NCBI GenBank assembly: GCA_002633005.1
Contig: NMRA01000188.1
Location: 658,377 to 722,376 of the forward strand
Direction of reading: 5' to 3'
From: Phoronis australis
Lineage: Eukaryota > Animalia > Phoronida
Length of the DNA: 64,000 bases
This document shows, piece after piece, positions 61,973-64,000 of this stretch (positions within the stretch are counted from its first letter, which is position 1; the number at the start of each line of letters is the position of its first letter). The notes beneath the pieces were generated by a model. That model made no database searches, was not told the origin of the DNA, and worked only from the letters and a program-made list of their open reading frames with translations. The translations under genes were made by a program, and so were the position numbers.

Positions 61973-64000
61973 CGACTACAGGGGTCTCGCGCTACTGGCT
62001 TATTTACACTAATTTGGAAAGGCTTTGTCCAGTCACGCCTGCTGTGGGTCATAAAAGAGATAATGATACCTAGCAGGTGACGCGACAAACAGAACTGCTC
62101 TCGTTTACCACTTTGATGCAGATTCACAGTTACTGTGAAATTAAGAATTGTGTTCTTATAAACCATCCTACTGTCAAGTTGTTTCGGGAGACTTGAGTCT
62201 CAATGCTTTGTGCGCAACGGCGATGCACAATTTTTAAAGCTGTGTTCACAATGATCAAAATTAAAACCAGAGAGCAAATATGTATCCCCTGCTTTCATTT
62301 TAAAATAATTAATATTTCAGTCGTGAGCGTAAAAACTACATGACATTCTCATGTGGTTACCGCCCCATATGCCAACTCCGGAATGGTCTCTCACGACAAC
62401 TTAGCGTTATATTTGGCTCACTACTTTAAAAGCAACACGTAGCCCCTCGCATGGTTATATAGGGGCCACAACACTCCCCATCACTTTCTGTTTTAATTTC
62501 GGTTCATGTATTTTAAGCGTGGTGTAGGCCAAATCTGCCCACCGTTTGAGAGGTTTTAACCTTGTCAAAAATTCATTTTACACTTAAAAAGTTATCACTT
62601 AAAAAGCGCTCACTGTCTTCACTAATCCTTTCTGGTTCAATACATATCATCCTTGAAGCTTGTCTATGGGAATTAAAATAACTTTAAAAGAATTCCAACT
62701 TCACTTTTTTATCTTTCCACCGCCCGTAATAACCACATAATATTTCAATTGACGTTAGCGTGAGACTGCAGCGAAGCACGTGACCTGTTGCGTGACACTT
62801 TCGAAAAGTAGTATAGGAAGATAGATATCCTCTGGAGTTTGTAAGATTTGTGTCCCTTGGACTTTTTGTTCTTCAACGCGTGATTTCGCGTGACTTCGTC
62901 AAATGGCATCCGGTGAGGGAAGCTCGAGTGAACCGCGACAGATTTTCATAGATGTTCAAAGTATGTTGTTTTCATTGTCTCCAGATTCATGGTGTGGTAT
63001 AATTATATACTCAATGTGCATGCATGTTTCGTTCGATGTTTTTCTCTATAATTTGAATTGAGTAAATTTTCATGTAACTGCCTAACTAGTGTGTACCATG
63101 CCATGCCCATAGATGATCATCACCCTGCAACTCAACCTTTCCGAAAGCTCGTCTGGAAGTCATGATGATTTTCTGACAAAAACTTTGTGAAGAAGCAACT
63201 CAGTTAAATTAAGAAGAGGGATTTTCAGTGCCATTTAAGTTGCATTTCTGATTCAAATTACCTTGTTATCTTTCAAAAATGGAAGCTTCACAGTCGTCTG
63301 TCTGCTTCCTTATCTACTTCAATATGTTATTACCCGTGTTCGAAAAGCAAGATTCATGTACACGCGCTATTCAGCAAACAAGATGACACACACGCAGTGC
63401 CAGCTGTTTGCTTCTGGGACTTGAATGGAAGACAGTGTAACTAGTAAATGCTTTATTCAATGAAAACTTTGAAGTGTTGATATTGGTTACACTGATGTTT
63501 ATGGACTTCGCCATCTTATTCAAAGTTGGTTACCTGTTCAGTGATGTCATCGAGATTAAGCCTGACACCTACCAGTGATTCAATGTTCATTTACATTGTA
63601 GAAAATGTGTTGGACACACAATCAATCTGTTGTAGACGTGCTTCCAGTGAATCATCTGATCTTCAAGTACCCGCTGACGGGCAATTGCCTATTAACTGAC
63701 TGGTTAGCTCACTTGCCAGTTTTATCGGGATTACTTGTTCGATTTCAGAGTCAAGTGATCTTGATTTTTCAAGGTCGCCAAAAAAAATTTATTGTCGCAT
63801 TGATGAAGGCGAGCCCTGTTTTACCAGAAGAAAGATAACGGTTCAGAGTTGTCATTTAAACTCGTGAAAGTGTAGGTTTTTCGAACACTTGTCAAACGTA
63901 AAACATTTCAAATGAACAGTTCATGTAGGGAGTGCGGTAACTTACTATCCTTGTTACAGGTATGATCATTGTCAGTACTTTTCATTCTGCTTCACCAGGT

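Noticed and set aside
62880-64000. Additional gene at the right end of the window
   Set aside because: Some splice-like sites (e.g. TTGTTACAG near 63959) and stop-interrupted coding-like stretches on -, but no recognisable protein or consistent exon chain

Overview
AT-rich, intron-rich animal genomic DNA, probably from a marine invertebrate (inferred from gene content and style; the species cannot be named from sequence alone). Two genes lie tail to tail. On + is the terminal homeobox exon of a Cdx/caudal ParaHox gene (10370-10626); its first exon was not found and probably lies upstream of the window. On - is tripeptidyl peptidase II (TPP2), reconstructed by hand as 28 coding exons from ATG 58991 to TAA 21694, with exon 24 almost entirely lost in an N gap. 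Introns and flanks hold many non-autonomous DNA transposons and MITEs, including a 2.4-kb foldback and a nested insertion beside TPP2 exon 1. Most notable observations: (1) a 43-bp satellite that is an amplified copy of a TPP2 exon end plus its 5' splice site; (2) an unidentified, highly base-paired ~500-nt segment with an snRNA-type promoter layout between Cdx and TPP2; (3) TPP2 rather than Xlox as the 3' neighbour of Cdx. All coordinates, alignments and pairings were read by eye.
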